DNA of 53,925 nucleotides from Nanobdellota archaeon (lineage in GTDB: Archaea; Nanobdellota; Nanobdellia; Woesearchaeales; WJIZ01), in assembly GCA_030647105.1 (NCBI GenBank), contig JAUSJW010000100.1:1-53925 (forward strand), in the 5' to 3' direction. Numbering within the stretch: the stretch's first letter is position 1; each line of letters opens with the position of its first letter. Below, in pieces: positions 24,554 to 33,614 of the stretch. Position numbers and translations under genes: made by a program. The notes below the pieces were generated by a model. It was not told where the DNA came from. It saw only the letters and a list, made by a program, of their open reading frames with translations, and did not search any database.

Positions 24554-25609
24554 TCACAAGAGCCGTCCTTTCAACTGCTCCTTTTTCCAGGGCCTGTTGC
24601 TGGCAAGAAGGGTTTGCTTGTCGAGCATGCGGAAAAGCAGCTGGGGGATTTTATAATTTCCAAGCGCAATCCTGTCCGCGAGCATCGCCATGACTTCGCG
24701 CGTCTTCGTGTCAAGGAACTCAGCGCTCGCCTTTCCCCGCGACCTTCCGAAGAGAAGCGAGGGCATGTAACCGAGGCTGTTTCTCAGAATCGTGGGGAAG
24801 AGTTTTTTGAATCGTATGTTCCGCTGATACGCGCGCAGTAGGGCGCGCATCGCGGCGTAATACCTGCGTCTCACAGGCCAATTCACCATCGCCGCCATAT
24901 AATAAGAGCCCAGCAGGAGGGCTAGGTCGTGCGCCGGGTCACCAAAGACAGAGACCTCATGGTCGAGGATGAAGCAACGATTGCCCCTGACCAGGACATT
25001 CTTCGGGAGCGCGTCGCCATGGATGAGACAGACTCGATTTCTTACGAGCTTTTTGGCGTTGCGCTCCATCGCCTTCTTTATCGAGCGGTGAGGTGTAGCG
25101 TCCCGGTATTCATGGGTGTAGAGGTCGAGCTTGAGGATGCGGAACGCCTCGCTGATGGGGAACTGCAACTTTAGTCTTTGGCTCTGGTAGCTTTTGCTGT
25201 GCAGGCGGCCATAGATACCCCCCAGCTCGCGCACAACACGCAGATTCACCTTCGCCGCGAGCAGGTCATAGATGAGCGGCTCATAGCCTTGCGGAACCGC
25301 GGCCATGCAAACGACGCCTTCTGCCCGGTCAAGGAAGAGGGGCTCTGGAGCTTCTTTCAATCCCAATTCCCGCCAGGCCTTCAGGGCATGGTACTCTGTC
25401 ACGACGCGCTCCTTGGGGAAGCGGATGCTCCGATTGAACTTCATGACTCCTTCCGCCTGCTTGAGTGCTACCCTCTTCGAGCCGCTCCTTGCAAGAAAGA
25501 GGTGATTGAGCAGCCCGCCGCCAAGCGGAGTCACTTCAATAGCGTCGTCTTTGCCAAATACACCCTTACGAATGAGATAGCTGGGCACCTGCCTCACGGT
25601 GAGCACCAT
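24554..25609 (-). CDS. phosphotransferase-family kinase (APH/choline-kinase/MtnK-like fold)
   Basis: Catalytic loop LIHGDALPKNVLV and ILDHEVSVFGDPAHDLA. The ORF track starts at GTG 25624, but the ATG at 25609 sits 23 nt from the TATA at 25632-25639. Confidence 0.75.
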   Translation of the reverse strand: MVLTVRQVPSYLIRKGVFGKDDAIEVTPLGGGLLNHLFLARSGSKRVALKQAEGVMKFNRSIRFPKERVVTEYHALKAWRELGLKEAPEPLFLDRAEGVVCMAAVPQGYEPLIYDLLAAKVNLRVVRELGGIYGRLHSKSYQSQRLKLQFPISEAFRILKLDLYTHEYRDATPHRSIKKAMERNAKKLVRNRVCLIHGDALPKNVLVRGNRCFILDHEVSVFGDPAHDLALLLGSYYMAAMVNWPVRRRYYAAMRALLRAYQRNIRFKKLFPTILRNSLGYMPSLLFGRSRGKASAEFLDTKTREVMAMLADRIALGNYKIPQLLFRMLDKQTLLASNRPWKKEQLKGRLL

Positions 25610-25631
25610 AGGAGAGAAGAACACTGCTCGC

Positions 25632-25639
25632 TATATAAG
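25632..25639 (-). promoter_or_regulatory. TATA box for the kinase gene
   Basis: TATATAAG, 23 nt from ATG 25609. Confidence 0.6.
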
Positions 25640-25657
25640 GATTCTCACAACGTCAGT

Positions 25658-25665
25658 TTTTTATA
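25658..25665 (+). promoter_or_regulatory. TATA box for the TerC/DUF475 gene
   Basis: TTTTTATA, 23 nt upstream of ATG 25688. Confidence 0.65.
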
Positions 25666-25687
25666 CCCTTCCTCATTTTAGCGGGCT

Positions 25688-26614
25688 ATGGACTGGCTTT
25701 CAACGCTCCTTATTGTCTTCGGCCTTGCGCTGTTCGAGATTATCATCAGCATCGACAACGCTATCATCAATGCGGAAGTGCTGGGCACAATGGGTGCCAA
25801 GGCGAGAAAATGGTTCCTGTTCTGGGGTATCCTCATCGCGGTTTTCCTCGTGAGGGGCCTTCTGCCTTGGGCGATTCTCTGGATTAGCAGCCCTTCTCTT
25901 GGCTTCATCGGCGCGTTTACAGCTTCCTTCAGCTCTGACCCCGCGGTGGCGCACGTCATCGAGCAGTCTGCCCCTATCCTCCTGATTGGCGGCGGAACGT
26001 TCCTCGTGCTGCTGTTCTTCCATTGGCTCTTCCTTGAGCCCAAGAATTACGGCCTCAAGGGAGAGGAGTACATTCACAAGCATGGTGTATGGTTCTTCGC
26101 CATCGCGTCCATCCTGCTTGTTTTTCTGGTTTGGAACGCTATCGCCATCAACCCCCTCATGGCGCTCGGCGCCGTCATCGGCTCGAGCGCGTTCTTCATC
26201 ACGCACGGCTTCAAGGAGAACGCTGAGAAGGTGGAGAAAGAGATGATGTCTGGGGAAACCCACCTGAGCGATTTGAGCAAGCTCTTCTACCTCGAAATCA
26301 TCGACATGACCTTTTCAATCGACGGCATCCTCGGCGCCTTCGCTTTCACGTTCGTTCTGCCCATCATCCTCATCGGCAACGGCATCGGCGCGATTGTCGT
26401 GCGGCAGCTCACGGTCGCGAACATCGACCGCGTGAAAAAATACAAGTACCTCAAGAACGGCGCCATGTATTCAATCTTCGCCCTCGGCTCGGTCATGGTC
26501 CTGCACAGCTTCGGCGCGCAAATCCCAGAGTGGGTGAGCCCCCTGGTTACCATCGGCATCATCGGGTATTTCTTCTGGAAGTCTGTCCAGGCGCTGAAAG
26601 CGACTCCCGCTTAA
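25688..26614 (+). CDS. TerC/DUF475-family integral membrane protein
   Basis: Multi-pass protein with an internal duplication carrying FEIIISIDNAIINAEVL and LEIIDMTFSIDGILGAFA. Confidence 0.75.
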   Translation: MDWLSTLLIVFGLALFEIIISIDNAIINAEVLGTMGAKARKWFLFWGILIAVFLVRGLLPWAILWISSPSLGFIGAFTASFSSDPAVAHVIEQSAPILLIGGGTFLVLLFFHWLFLEPKNYGLKGEEYIHKHGVWFFAIASILLVFLVWNAIAINPLMALGAVIGSSAFFITHGFKENAEKVEKEMMSGETHLSDLSKLFYLEIIDMTFSIDGILGAFAFTFVLPIILIGNGIGAIVVRQLTVANIDRVKKYKYLKNGAMYSIFALGSVMVLHSFGAQIPEWVSPLVTIGIIGYFFWKSVQALKATPA

Positions 26615-26645
26615 TCTGGTTCACCTTCTCTTGATGATACTAACC

Positions 26646-26653
26646 TTTATATA
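26646..26653 (+). promoter_or_regulatory. TATA box for the metal-repressor/ABC operon
   Basis: TTTATATA, 24 nt upstream of ATG 26677. Confidence 0.75.
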
Positions 26654-26654
26654 G

Positions 26655-26674
26655 AAGTTCGTAGATACGAACTT
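26655..26674. promoter_or_regulatory. perfect 9-bp inverted repeat AAGTTCGTA-GA-TACGAACTT; candidate DtxR/MntR operator
   Basis: Read directly. It fills the space between the TATA box and the start codon of the repressor gene. Confidence 0.65.
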
Positions 26675-26676
26675 TT

Positions 26677-27075
26677 ATGACTACCGCTACCAGGGAGGAC
26701 TATATCCGGGAGATGTACAAACTATCCCTTAAGACCGCGCATATCCGCTCAGTTGAGCTCTCGGACGCCTTGGGCCTCGCGAAATCCACAGTCTCAGAGC
26801 GCCTGCGAGCCCTCGCGGAAGAGAAGCTGCTCACCTATGAGCCCTATTCCACAGTCTCCTTCACGAAAAAAGGGAAGGAGCTTGGCAGAAAGCTCACCTA
26901 TAAGCACCGTATCATCGAGGTGTTCCTGCACGACACGCTCGGATTTCCCGTTTCCAAGGTTCATTCCGAAGCGCACAAGCTCGAGCATGCGTTCAGCGAC
27001 GACGCGATTACGCGCCTCGCGAAAGTGCTCGGCCACCCAAAGACAGACCCGCATGGAAACACGGTGCAAACATGA
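26677..27075 (+). CDS. DtxR/MntR-family metal-dependent transcriptional repressor (two-domain, no SH3-like tail)
   Basis: REDYIREMYKL, wHTH SVELSDALGLAKSTVSERLRALAEEKLL, FTKKGKELG, YKHRIIEVFL, HSEAHKLEH. Confidence 0.9.
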   Translation: MTTATREDYIREMYKLSLKTAHIRSVELSDALGLAKSTVSERLRALAEEKLLTYEPYSTVSFTKKGKELGRKLTYKHRIIEVFLHDTLGFPVSKVHSEAHKLEHAFSDDAITRLAKVLGHPKTDPHGNTVQT

Positions 27076-27986
27076 AACTCTTCCTCCTTATAGTGTTGAC
27101 AACGCTCTTGATAGCGTGCTCTCCCGCGCAGGACTCAGGAAAGCTCCAGATTGTCGCGACAACGGGCATGGTCGCGGACATCGCGAAAAATATCGGGGGA
27201 GAATTCGTTGAAGTCAACGCATTAATGGGCCCGGGCGTTGACCCGCACCTCTACAAGGCGAGCGAGGGCGACGTCTCGCTTCTTTCAGGCGCTGACATCG
27301 TCTTCTATTCCGGCCTGCATCTCGAGGCCAAGATGGGCGATGTGATTGAGGAGATGGAAGGGAAGAGCGTTGCGGTCACGCGCACGCTCCCTCGCGAAGA
27401 GCTCCTTGATTTCCCACCCTATGAGAACCAGTACGACCCGCACGTCTGGTTCAACGTGCTGTACTGGAAGCAGGCGGCCGAAGTTGTGAGAGACGAGCTG
27501 ATGGCGCGCGACCCGGAGCACGCAGACGCGTATCGCCAGAACGCGGCAGCGTATTTGCAACAACTATCAGAGCTTGACTCCTATGTCCACAGGCGGGCGC
27601 AGGAACTCCCAGCAGACCAGCGCATCCTTGTCACCGCGCACGACGCGTTCCGCTATTTCGGCAGGGAATACGACTTCCAAGTCATCGGTCTACAAGGCAT
27701 CAGCACCCAAGCCGAGGCCGGAACCAAAGATGTACAGGAGCTTGTTGATTTCATCGTCTCCCGCAAGGTCAAGGCGCTCTTTGTTGAGAGCTCGGTGCCT
27801 GAGCGCAACCTCAAGGCTGTTCAGGAGGCCTGCCGCGCCAAGGGGTGGGACGTGCAAATCGGCGGCCAGCTGTACTCTGACGCCATGGGCGACGCGGGAA
27901 CCTTCGAAGGCACGTACATCGGCATGGTGACGGCGAACATCGACACCATCGTAGGGGCGCTGGGAGGGAACGATGCATCCAATTGA
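27072..27986 (+). CDS. metal (Mn/Zn/Fe) ABC transporter substrate-binding lipoprotein (TroA/ZnuA cluster A-I)
   Basis: Lipobox-like LLIACS. IVATTGMVADIAKNIGGE, DPHLYKA, DPHVWFN, VTAHDAFRYFG, LFVESSVP. Confidence 0.9.
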   Translation: MKLFLLIVLTTLLIACSPAQDSGKLQIVATTGMVADIAKNIGGEFVEVNALMGPGVDPHLYKASEGDVSLLSGADIVFYSGLHLEAKMGDVIEEMEGKSVAVTRTLPREELLDFPPYENQYDPHVWFNVLYWKQAAEVVRDELMARDPEHADAYRQNAAAYLQQLSELDSYVHRRAQELPADQRILVTAHDAFRYFGREYDFQVIGLQGISTQAEAGTKDVQELVDFIVSRKVKALFVESSVPERNLKAVQEACRAKGWDVQIGGQLYSDAMGDAGTFEGTYIGMVTANIDTIVGALGGNDASN

Positions 27987-28707
27987 GATTTCCGACCTCA
28001 CGGTCGCGTACCATGAGAAGCCAGTCATCTGGGATTTAGATTTTCACGCTCCCGCTGGCGTGCTTCTCGCCGTTGTCGGGCCGAACGGAGCGGGCAAGAC
28101 GACGCTTCTCAAATCCATTCTCGGGCTGGTGAAGCCCTCCGCCGGCACTGTGACCATCTTCGGCAAGCCGGCGCAAAAGCAGATGCACCGCCTCGCTTAC
28201 GTGCCCCAGCGCGGCAGCGTTGACTGGGATTTTCCAACGACGGTTTTAGATATCGTGATGATGGGGCTCTACGGTAAGCTCGGCTGGTTCAAGCGGCCGG
28301 GCAAGAAGGAGAAAGAACTCGCCCTCCAGAGCCTTGAGAAAGTCGGGATGGCGGACTTCGCCGGCAGACAAATCAGCCAGCTTTCGGGAGGCCAGCAGCA
28401 ACGGGTCTTTCTCGCGCGCGCCCTGGTCCAGGACGCAGACCTGTACCTGATGGACGAGCCGTTTGTCGGCGTTGACGCCGTCACTGAAAAGGCGATTGTC
28501 GCCCTCCTTCGGGAATTGCGGTCGCGCGGAAAAACCGTTGTTGTCGTGCACCACGACGTGCCAACGCTCAAAACCTATTTCGACTGGGCGCTGCTGCTCA
28601 ACGTGCGCAAAATCGCTTTAGGCCCGGTTCAAAAAGTCGTCACGCCCAAGAATCTGCAGAAGACGTACGGAGGCAGGGCCTCGTTCCTGGATTTGGAGCA
28701 TGCTTGA
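27973..28707 (+). CDS. metal ABC transporter ATP-binding protein
   Basis: Walker A GPNGAGKTT, signature LSGGQQQRV, Walker B LYLMDEPF, H-loop VVVVHHD. Confidence 0.92.
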   Translation: MHPIEISDLTVAYHEKPVIWDLDFHAPAGVLLAVVGPNGAGKTTLLKSILGLVKPSAGTVTIFGKPAQKQMHRLAYVPQRGSVDWDFPTTVLDIVMMGLYGKLGWFKRPGKKEKELALQSLEKVGMADFAGRQISQLSGGQQQRVFLARALVQDADLYLMDEPFVGVDAVTEKAIVALLRELRSRGKTVVVVHHDVPTLKTYFDWALLLNVRKIALGPVQKVVTPKNLQKTYGGRASFLDLEHA

Positions 28708-29800
28708 TTACACCCTGATTCTTGTTTTTTCTGGATGCCTGGTTTTGGGCATTGTCGCGGGAACGCTCGGGAGCTTCGCGGTTCTTCGCAAACAGAGCCT
28801 GCTCGGCGACGCCATCTCTCACGCGGCTTTGCCGGGAGTCGCCATCGCGTTTCTTTTGGCGTCGAGCAAACACCCCGCCGTTCTGCTTCTCGGCGCTCTC
28901 TGCGCTGGCTGGCTCGGCACCCTCTTTATCCTGCTTATCACGCGCACGACGCGCATCAAGAACGACACTGCCATGGGAATTGTGCTGTCCGTCTTTTTCG
29001 GCCTGGGCCTTTTTCTTTTGACGCTTATCCAGCGCATGCCCTCCGCGAGCAAGGCAGGCCTTGACAAGTTTCTCTTCGGAAACGCATCGACACTGCTGCT
29101 CCAGGACGTCTGGACGATGCTTATTTTAGGGGGAGCGACGCTCGCGTGCGTGCTGCTCTTCTGGAAGGAGTTCAAATTATTGTCCTTTGACCCGGACTTT
29201 TTACACAGCCTCGGAAGAAATACCCTGATACTCGATGTGTTCCTGACTACGCTTCTTGTCGCGGCGATTGTCATCGGCCTGCAGGCTGTGGGCGTTGTTT
29301 TGATGAGCGCTCTGGTCATCGCTCCGGCTGTGGCGGCAAGGCAATGGACCGACCATCTCGGAAGAATGGTCGCGCTTTCGGCTCTTTTTGGTGGAGTTGG
29401 CGGAGTCTTAGGGGCGTTCGCGAGCAGCCGCATTTCCAACCTTCCAACAGGCCCGGCGATTGTCGTTGGCATCAGCGTGCTCTTCATTATCAGCTTGTTC
29501 TTCTCTCCCCATCGCGGTTTGCTCAAGGACTGGCTCCGCGAGCGCAAGAACAGAAAGACCGTGCGATCGAAGAAAGTGCTGCTCGCGCTTTTCACGCTTT
29601 CCAGAAGCCACAAAACGCCCTTTCACAGCCATCCGGTTTCGTCCCTTGAGGCCATAGCCCCCGGTTCGATTGAAGGCGGGCTTGAGGAACTTCGAAACCA
29701 GGGACTGGCCTTGCCATCCGGAGCGGGGTGGAAGCTGACTCATAAGGGAGCTATCGAGGCGCGGCGCCTCGCTCAGCACGTGTATGGTGAGATGCCATGA
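28700..29800 (+). CDS. metal ABC transporter permease (ABC-3 family) with ~90-aa C-terminal cytoplasmic extension
   Basis: SLLGDAISHAALPGVA. The ABC-3 core ends near FFSPHRGLL (aa ~270). Extra tail aa 276-366. Confidence 0.9.
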   Translation: MLDYTLILVFSGCLVLGIVAGTLGSFAVLRKQSLLGDAISHAALPGVAIAFLLASSKHPAVLLLGALCAGWLGTLFILLITRTTRIKNDTAMGIVLSVFFGLGLFLLTLIQRMPSASKAGLDKFLFGNASTLLLQDVWTMLILGGATLACVLLFWKEFKLLSFDPDFLHSLGRNTLILDVFLTTLLVAAIVIGLQAVGVVLMSALVIAPAVAARQWTDHLGRMVALSALFGGVGGVLGAFASSRISNLPTGPAIVVGISVLFIISLFFSPHRGLLKDWLRERKNRKTVRSKKVLLALFTLSRSHKTPFHSHPVSSLEAIAPGSIEGGLEELRNQGLALPSGAGWKLTHKGAIEARRLAQHVYGEMP

Positions 29801-30906
29801 CTCCTCAAATTGAGATTTTGCTCATCGCCTCTGTCGTCGCGATCGCGTGCTCGCTTGTAGGCACGTTTCTGGTCTTACGGCGCGTCTCACTTATGTCTGA
29901 TGCTGTCAGCCATTCCATCCTCTTGGGAATTGTGCTCGCGTTCTTTGTCGTGAAAGAACTGTCATCTCCCTTTCTCATCTTAGGCGCCGCCGTTATCGGG
30001 GTTCTAACAGTTGTATTGACAGAACTGCTTATCACGACCAAGAAAATCAAGGAGGACGCTTCCATCGGGCTTGTTTTTCCTTTGCTGTTTTCTCTTGGCG
30101 TCATCTTGATTACCCAGTTCGCCGAGAACGTGCATATCGATTTGGACGCGGTGCTCTTGGGCGAGCTCGCGTTTGCGCCGTTTCATCGCTTTGTGCTCGG
30201 CGGAGTCGATTTAGGCCCGCAAGCGCTCTGGATGATGGGGTCGATTCTCACGGTCACGCTCGCGTTCCTTTTGCTCTGCTATAAAGAACTCAAGCTCGCG
30301 ACGTTTGATTCCGGACTGGCGGTGGCTTTGGGATTTTCTCCGGCGATTATCCATTACTCTCTCATGACACTCGTCAGCATCACGGCTGTCGGAGCGTTCG
30401 ACGCCGTGGGCTCGATTCTTGTCGTGGCTCTGATGATTACCCCGCCAGCGACCGCCTTTCTTTTGACACATCGTTTGGACAGGATGCTCTTCCTTGGGGC
30501 AGGTATCGGCGTTCTTTCCGCGGTGCTCGGCTACGGCCTCGCGCATTTCTTCAACGCGTCGATAGCCGGCGGAATGGCCTTAATGTCTGGCGTCCTCTTT
30601 CTGCTCGCTCTCTTGCTCTCGCCTTCCCGAGGCCTTATCGCCCAGGGCTTGCAGCACCGCTCGAAGAAGCTTAGGTTCGCCTCTGAGCTTTTGACGGTGC
30701 ACCTGCTCGACCATGAAGGCGCGCCCGAAGAGCGCAAGGAGAACATCCGCGAAAACTGCATGCGCCACATGAACTGGACAGAACCGTTTACACAGAAAGT
30801 GGTTCGCGAATCCCTCTCTAAAGAATGGCTGACCGAGCGTGACGGCTTGCTTTCTTTGACTCCCTTAGGAAGAGAGACCGCGAAACAAGTGATGGTTCGA
30901 ACCTAG
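29797..30906 (+). CDS. metal ABC transporter permease (ABC-3 family) with ~87-aa C-terminal cytoplasmic extension
   Basis: SLMSDAVSHSILLGIV. The core ends near LLSPSRGLI (aa ~280). Extra tail aa 283-369. Confidence 0.9.
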   Translation: MTPQIEILLIASVVAIACSLVGTFLVLRRVSLMSDAVSHSILLGIVLAFFVVKELSSPFLILGAAVIGVLTVVLTELLITTKKIKEDASIGLVFPLLFSLGVILITQFAENVHIDLDAVLLGELAFAPFHRFVLGGVDLGPQALWMMGSILTVTLAFLLLCYKELKLATFDSGLAVALGFSPAIIHYSLMTLVSITAVGAFDAVGSILVVALMITPPATAFLLTHRLDRMLFLGAGIGVLSAVLGYGLAHFFNASIAGGMALMSGVLFLLALLLSPSRGLIAQGLQHRSKKLRFASELLTVHLLDHEGAPEERKENIRENCMRHMNWTEPFTQKVVRESLSKEWLTERDGLLSLTPLGRETAKQVMVRT

Positions 30907-30918
30907 CGAGGACATACC

Positions 30919-30926
30919 TTTAAAAA
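30919..30926 (+). promoter_or_regulatory. TATA box for ispH
   Basis: TTTAAAAA, 22 nt upstream of ATG 30948. Confidence 0.65.
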
Positions 30927-30947
30927 TTCTTCAAGCCTTCGCTCCTT

Positions 30948-31874
30948 ATGGTCGAACGCATTATCTTAGCAAACCCCCGAGGCTTTTGCGCGGGTGTGAG
31001 CAGAGCTATCGACATCGTCGAATTGGCGCTCCAGAAATTCGGAAAGCCTATTTACGTGCGGCACCCGATTGTGCACAACATCCACGTCGTGCGGGAGCTC
31101 GAGAAGAAGGGCGCTGTCTTTGTCGAGAGCCTTGACGCGGTTCCTACCGGGAGCTACGTCATCTTCTCTGCCCACGGTTCTCCAGCGGCTTTAAGACAGG
31201 AAGCGGTTCTCAAGGGATTGAAGCCGATTGATGCCGTGTGCCCTCTTGTGACGAAAGTACATGTGGAAGCGAGGCGCTTTGCACGCAACGGCTTCGAGAT
31301 TGTCTACATCGGCCACCGCGGGCACCAGGAGGCGATTGGCGTGACGTCGATTGCGCCGATGCATCTTGTGGAGACACTTGAAGATGTCGAGAATCTTGTC
31401 CTCGCTTCCGATAAGGCAGTGATTTTGACGCAGACGACGCTTTCTGTTGATGATGCCCGGAAGCTTGTTGAAGCGCTCAAGAAAAAGTATCCTTTTATTA
31501 CCGAGACGCCTAAAGAAGACATCTGCTACGCGACGACGAACAGGCAAGGAGCAGTCAAGGAGCTCGCGAAGCAGGCTGACGTGATTCTGGTGATTGGCTC
31601 GCCGACGAGCTCGAACTCGGTCAGATTAGTCGAGACTGCTACTGCCATGGGAAAACCTGCGTATTTGATTAACGACAAAACGGAATTACAAGAAGGATGG
31701 ATTACGAACGCGAAGATTGTCGGAGTCACTTCCGGCGCATCGGGGCCTGAGGATTTGGTCTTAGAGTTGGTGGAATTCTTGAAAGAGAAATTCAATGTGA
31801 CGAAAGTCGAGAATCTGGTACACACGACGGAGAACGTGGAGTTTGTGTTGCCGGACGAGCTGAAAGAGAAATAA
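30948..31874 (+). CDS. ispH: 4-hydroxy-3-methylbut-2-enyl diphosphate reductase (IspH/LytB)
   Basis: ILANPRGFCAGVSRAIDIVE, YVRHPIVHN, FSAHGS, CPLVTKVH, LTQTTLS, ICYATTNRQ, GSPTSSNS. Confidence 0.93.
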   Translation: MVERIILANPRGFCAGVSRAIDIVELALQKFGKPIYVRHPIVHNIHVVRELEKKGAVFVESLDAVPTGSYVIFSAHGSPAALRQEAVLKGLKPIDAVCPLVTKVHVEARRFARNGFEIVYIGHRGHQEAIGVTSIAPMHLVETLEDVENLVLASDKAVILTQTTLSVDDARKLVEALKKKYPFITETPKEDICYATTNRQGAVKELAKQADVILVIGSPTSSNSVRLVETATAMGKPAYLINDKTELQEGWITNAKIVGVTSGASGPEDLVLELVEFLKEKFNVTKVENLVHTTENVEFVLPDELKEK

Positions 31875-33542
31875 TCACGCGGCAAGTCTTCGATATTCTT
31901 TTCGAATATAATTGATGGTTCCTTGCACGGGGTCCTGGATTCCCGTCGCTGCGGCCACTCTTTGCTGGATTGGAATCCGATTCCCAGTCATCACTCTTTC
32001 ACGCAGGAAGCGCTCGGTGTTTGGTGTCAGGAGCGTTCCGCTTTGATCTATGATTGTGGCGGCAATCGCGAGACCATTTGACCTGCCCCAGAAATAGGCT
32101 TGGTAATATCCCGGCTGGTTCCAAAGATGCGCAACCGTGGTGTACCAGGTTCCGGGGTCGTGCCTTCGCACATTGGCAGGTCTTACCAGTTCCCGGGCCT
32201 CTCTCGCGGCAGTTCTCAACTCGCTCCTGCCGCATGTGCTCAAGGCGACGTCCATAAGCGTAATCTCAACCGTAGAATACAGTTCGAACAAATGCTGGAG
32301 CAGGGTCCATTTCTCTATCAGCCTTGTGTCGCTTACACCATAATGCTCCCTTAAATGTACGGGATCAAACGGCGCCAAGTCATGGGTCATGGAGAAGCTT
32401 TCGCTTCCGTTGACCGGCTGAAAGAAGAAACTCGGGTCTTCTTGTGCGGCTCGCCTGCACGCTTCAAAATCCATAAAATGACCCATCTCATGCGGAAAAA
32501 TTCCTGCCCGTTTACGCGAATCGGTGCTATAGGAGACCGGATCGAAAAACAACCCATTCTTGCCGTCTGAGAACGCTCCAAGCGAAAGAGACACTGCCTG
32601 AGGTCGCTTCCCCTGCCTCTCTTCAATGTCAAGAAGCACATTAGGATTGCGCGGGTCGTAGAGCCTTTCTAATGTCTTACGGTCATAGCCCATCCGCACA
32701 AAAAGGTCGATACTGTTTCTCAATAGCACCACAGGATTCTGTGGGACATCAAGTCCGGCGAATGGGTCTTTGGTTGCAAGCAAGAACTGGACATCCCACG
32801 GCTCCAATGGGCCTTCTCCGAGAAGTTCACGCATCAAGGCATCGTAGATGTCTTTTGTTCCCTCTACAAATCTTAGCAAGACTGCACCAATCTCATGGGC
32901 CTTTGGAGCTTCATACCATTCTGCTTGGACGTCGAAAATGTTTGCGACTCTCCCCCCTGCGAACGCTATCACTTGGCGATTGTGAGCGGCCCTTTCATCA
33001 GCGAACGCGCTCTCGAGACCATCCAGCTGAGTTGACGCAACAAAGATTCTTCGTCTTGTTTCGCCATCCGGATTGCCCTTCATCTCCCTGCGAAAGTCAC
33101 TCATGGTAAGCGAGCCCACATCCGGCACGATAAGGGGCTGTTTGTATGCGGCGGCGGCTTTTTCATGCTCGCTATTAAACGCTTGACTCCCGTGTACCCC
33201 ATCATAGAGTTTCCGATCCCTTCTCACCTTCACCGCGCGCCGCTCTACTTCCGTAGTCGCGAGCGTTTCGAACCTGCCTATGAGCTGGTCGTATACTCCT
33301 CCTGTAGCGTTAATTCTTTCCTTCAGCTCCGTTGCTCTTTTGTATTTCTCTTCTCTTTCTGGCTCTTTTCTTGCCCCTAGTCCCATAAGGTCATGACGAT
33401 CAGTTTCTTCTTCGAGATGGCTAAGCTCTCTGTCATGTTCTAGGAGCCAGAAGTTGACTTCCGCGAGATTCATCTCAGAAACAGCGCGCGGCAGCTCTCG
33501 CTCCGTTACCGATTGCACAATCTGGTCTATGCCCCATGCCAT
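31875..33542 (-). CDS. M3-like zinc metallopeptidase (gluzincin)
   Basis: HEMGH followed 22 residues later by ESFS (M3-type HExxH...ExxS arrangement). Mostly helical 555-aa protein. Family assignment is tentative. Confidence 0.6.
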   Translation of the reverse strand: MAWGIDQIVQSVTERELPRAVSEMNLAEVNFWLLEHDRELSHLEEETDRHDLMGLGARKEPEREEKYKRATELKERINATGGVYDQLIGRFETLATTEVERRAVKVRRDRKLYDGVHGSQAFNSEHEKAAAAYKQPLIVPDVGSLTMSDFRREMKGNPDGETRRRIFVASTQLDGLESAFADERAAHNRQVIAFAGGRVANIFDVQAEWYEAPKAHEIGAVLLRFVEGTKDIYDALMRELLGEGPLEPWDVQFLLATKDPFAGLDVPQNPVVLLRNSIDLFVRMGYDRKTLERLYDPRNPNVLLDIEERQGKRPQAVSLSLGAFSDGKNGLFFDPVSYSTDSRKRAGIFPHEMGHFMDFEACRRAAQEDPSFFFQPVNGSESFSMTHDLAPFDPVHLREHYGVSDTRLIEKWTLLQHLFELYSTVEITLMDVALSTCGRSELRTAAREARELVRPANVRRHDPGTWYTTVAHLWNQPGYYQAYFWGRSNGLAIAATIIDQSGTLLTPNTERFLRERVMTGNRIPIQQRVAAATGIQDPVQGTINYIRKEYRRLAA

Positions 33543-33614
33543 GTTCTAACCTAGAAGCCCTAAGGCTTGCGCCTCTTTTTCTCTCAGAATCGTTTGCGCT
33601 TATATAAACTTTCT

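Noticed and set aside
28819-29613. 264-aa minus-strand ORF antisense to the first ABC-3 permease.
   Set aside because: The plus-strand permease has clear family motifs and TM periodicity. The antisense product has none.
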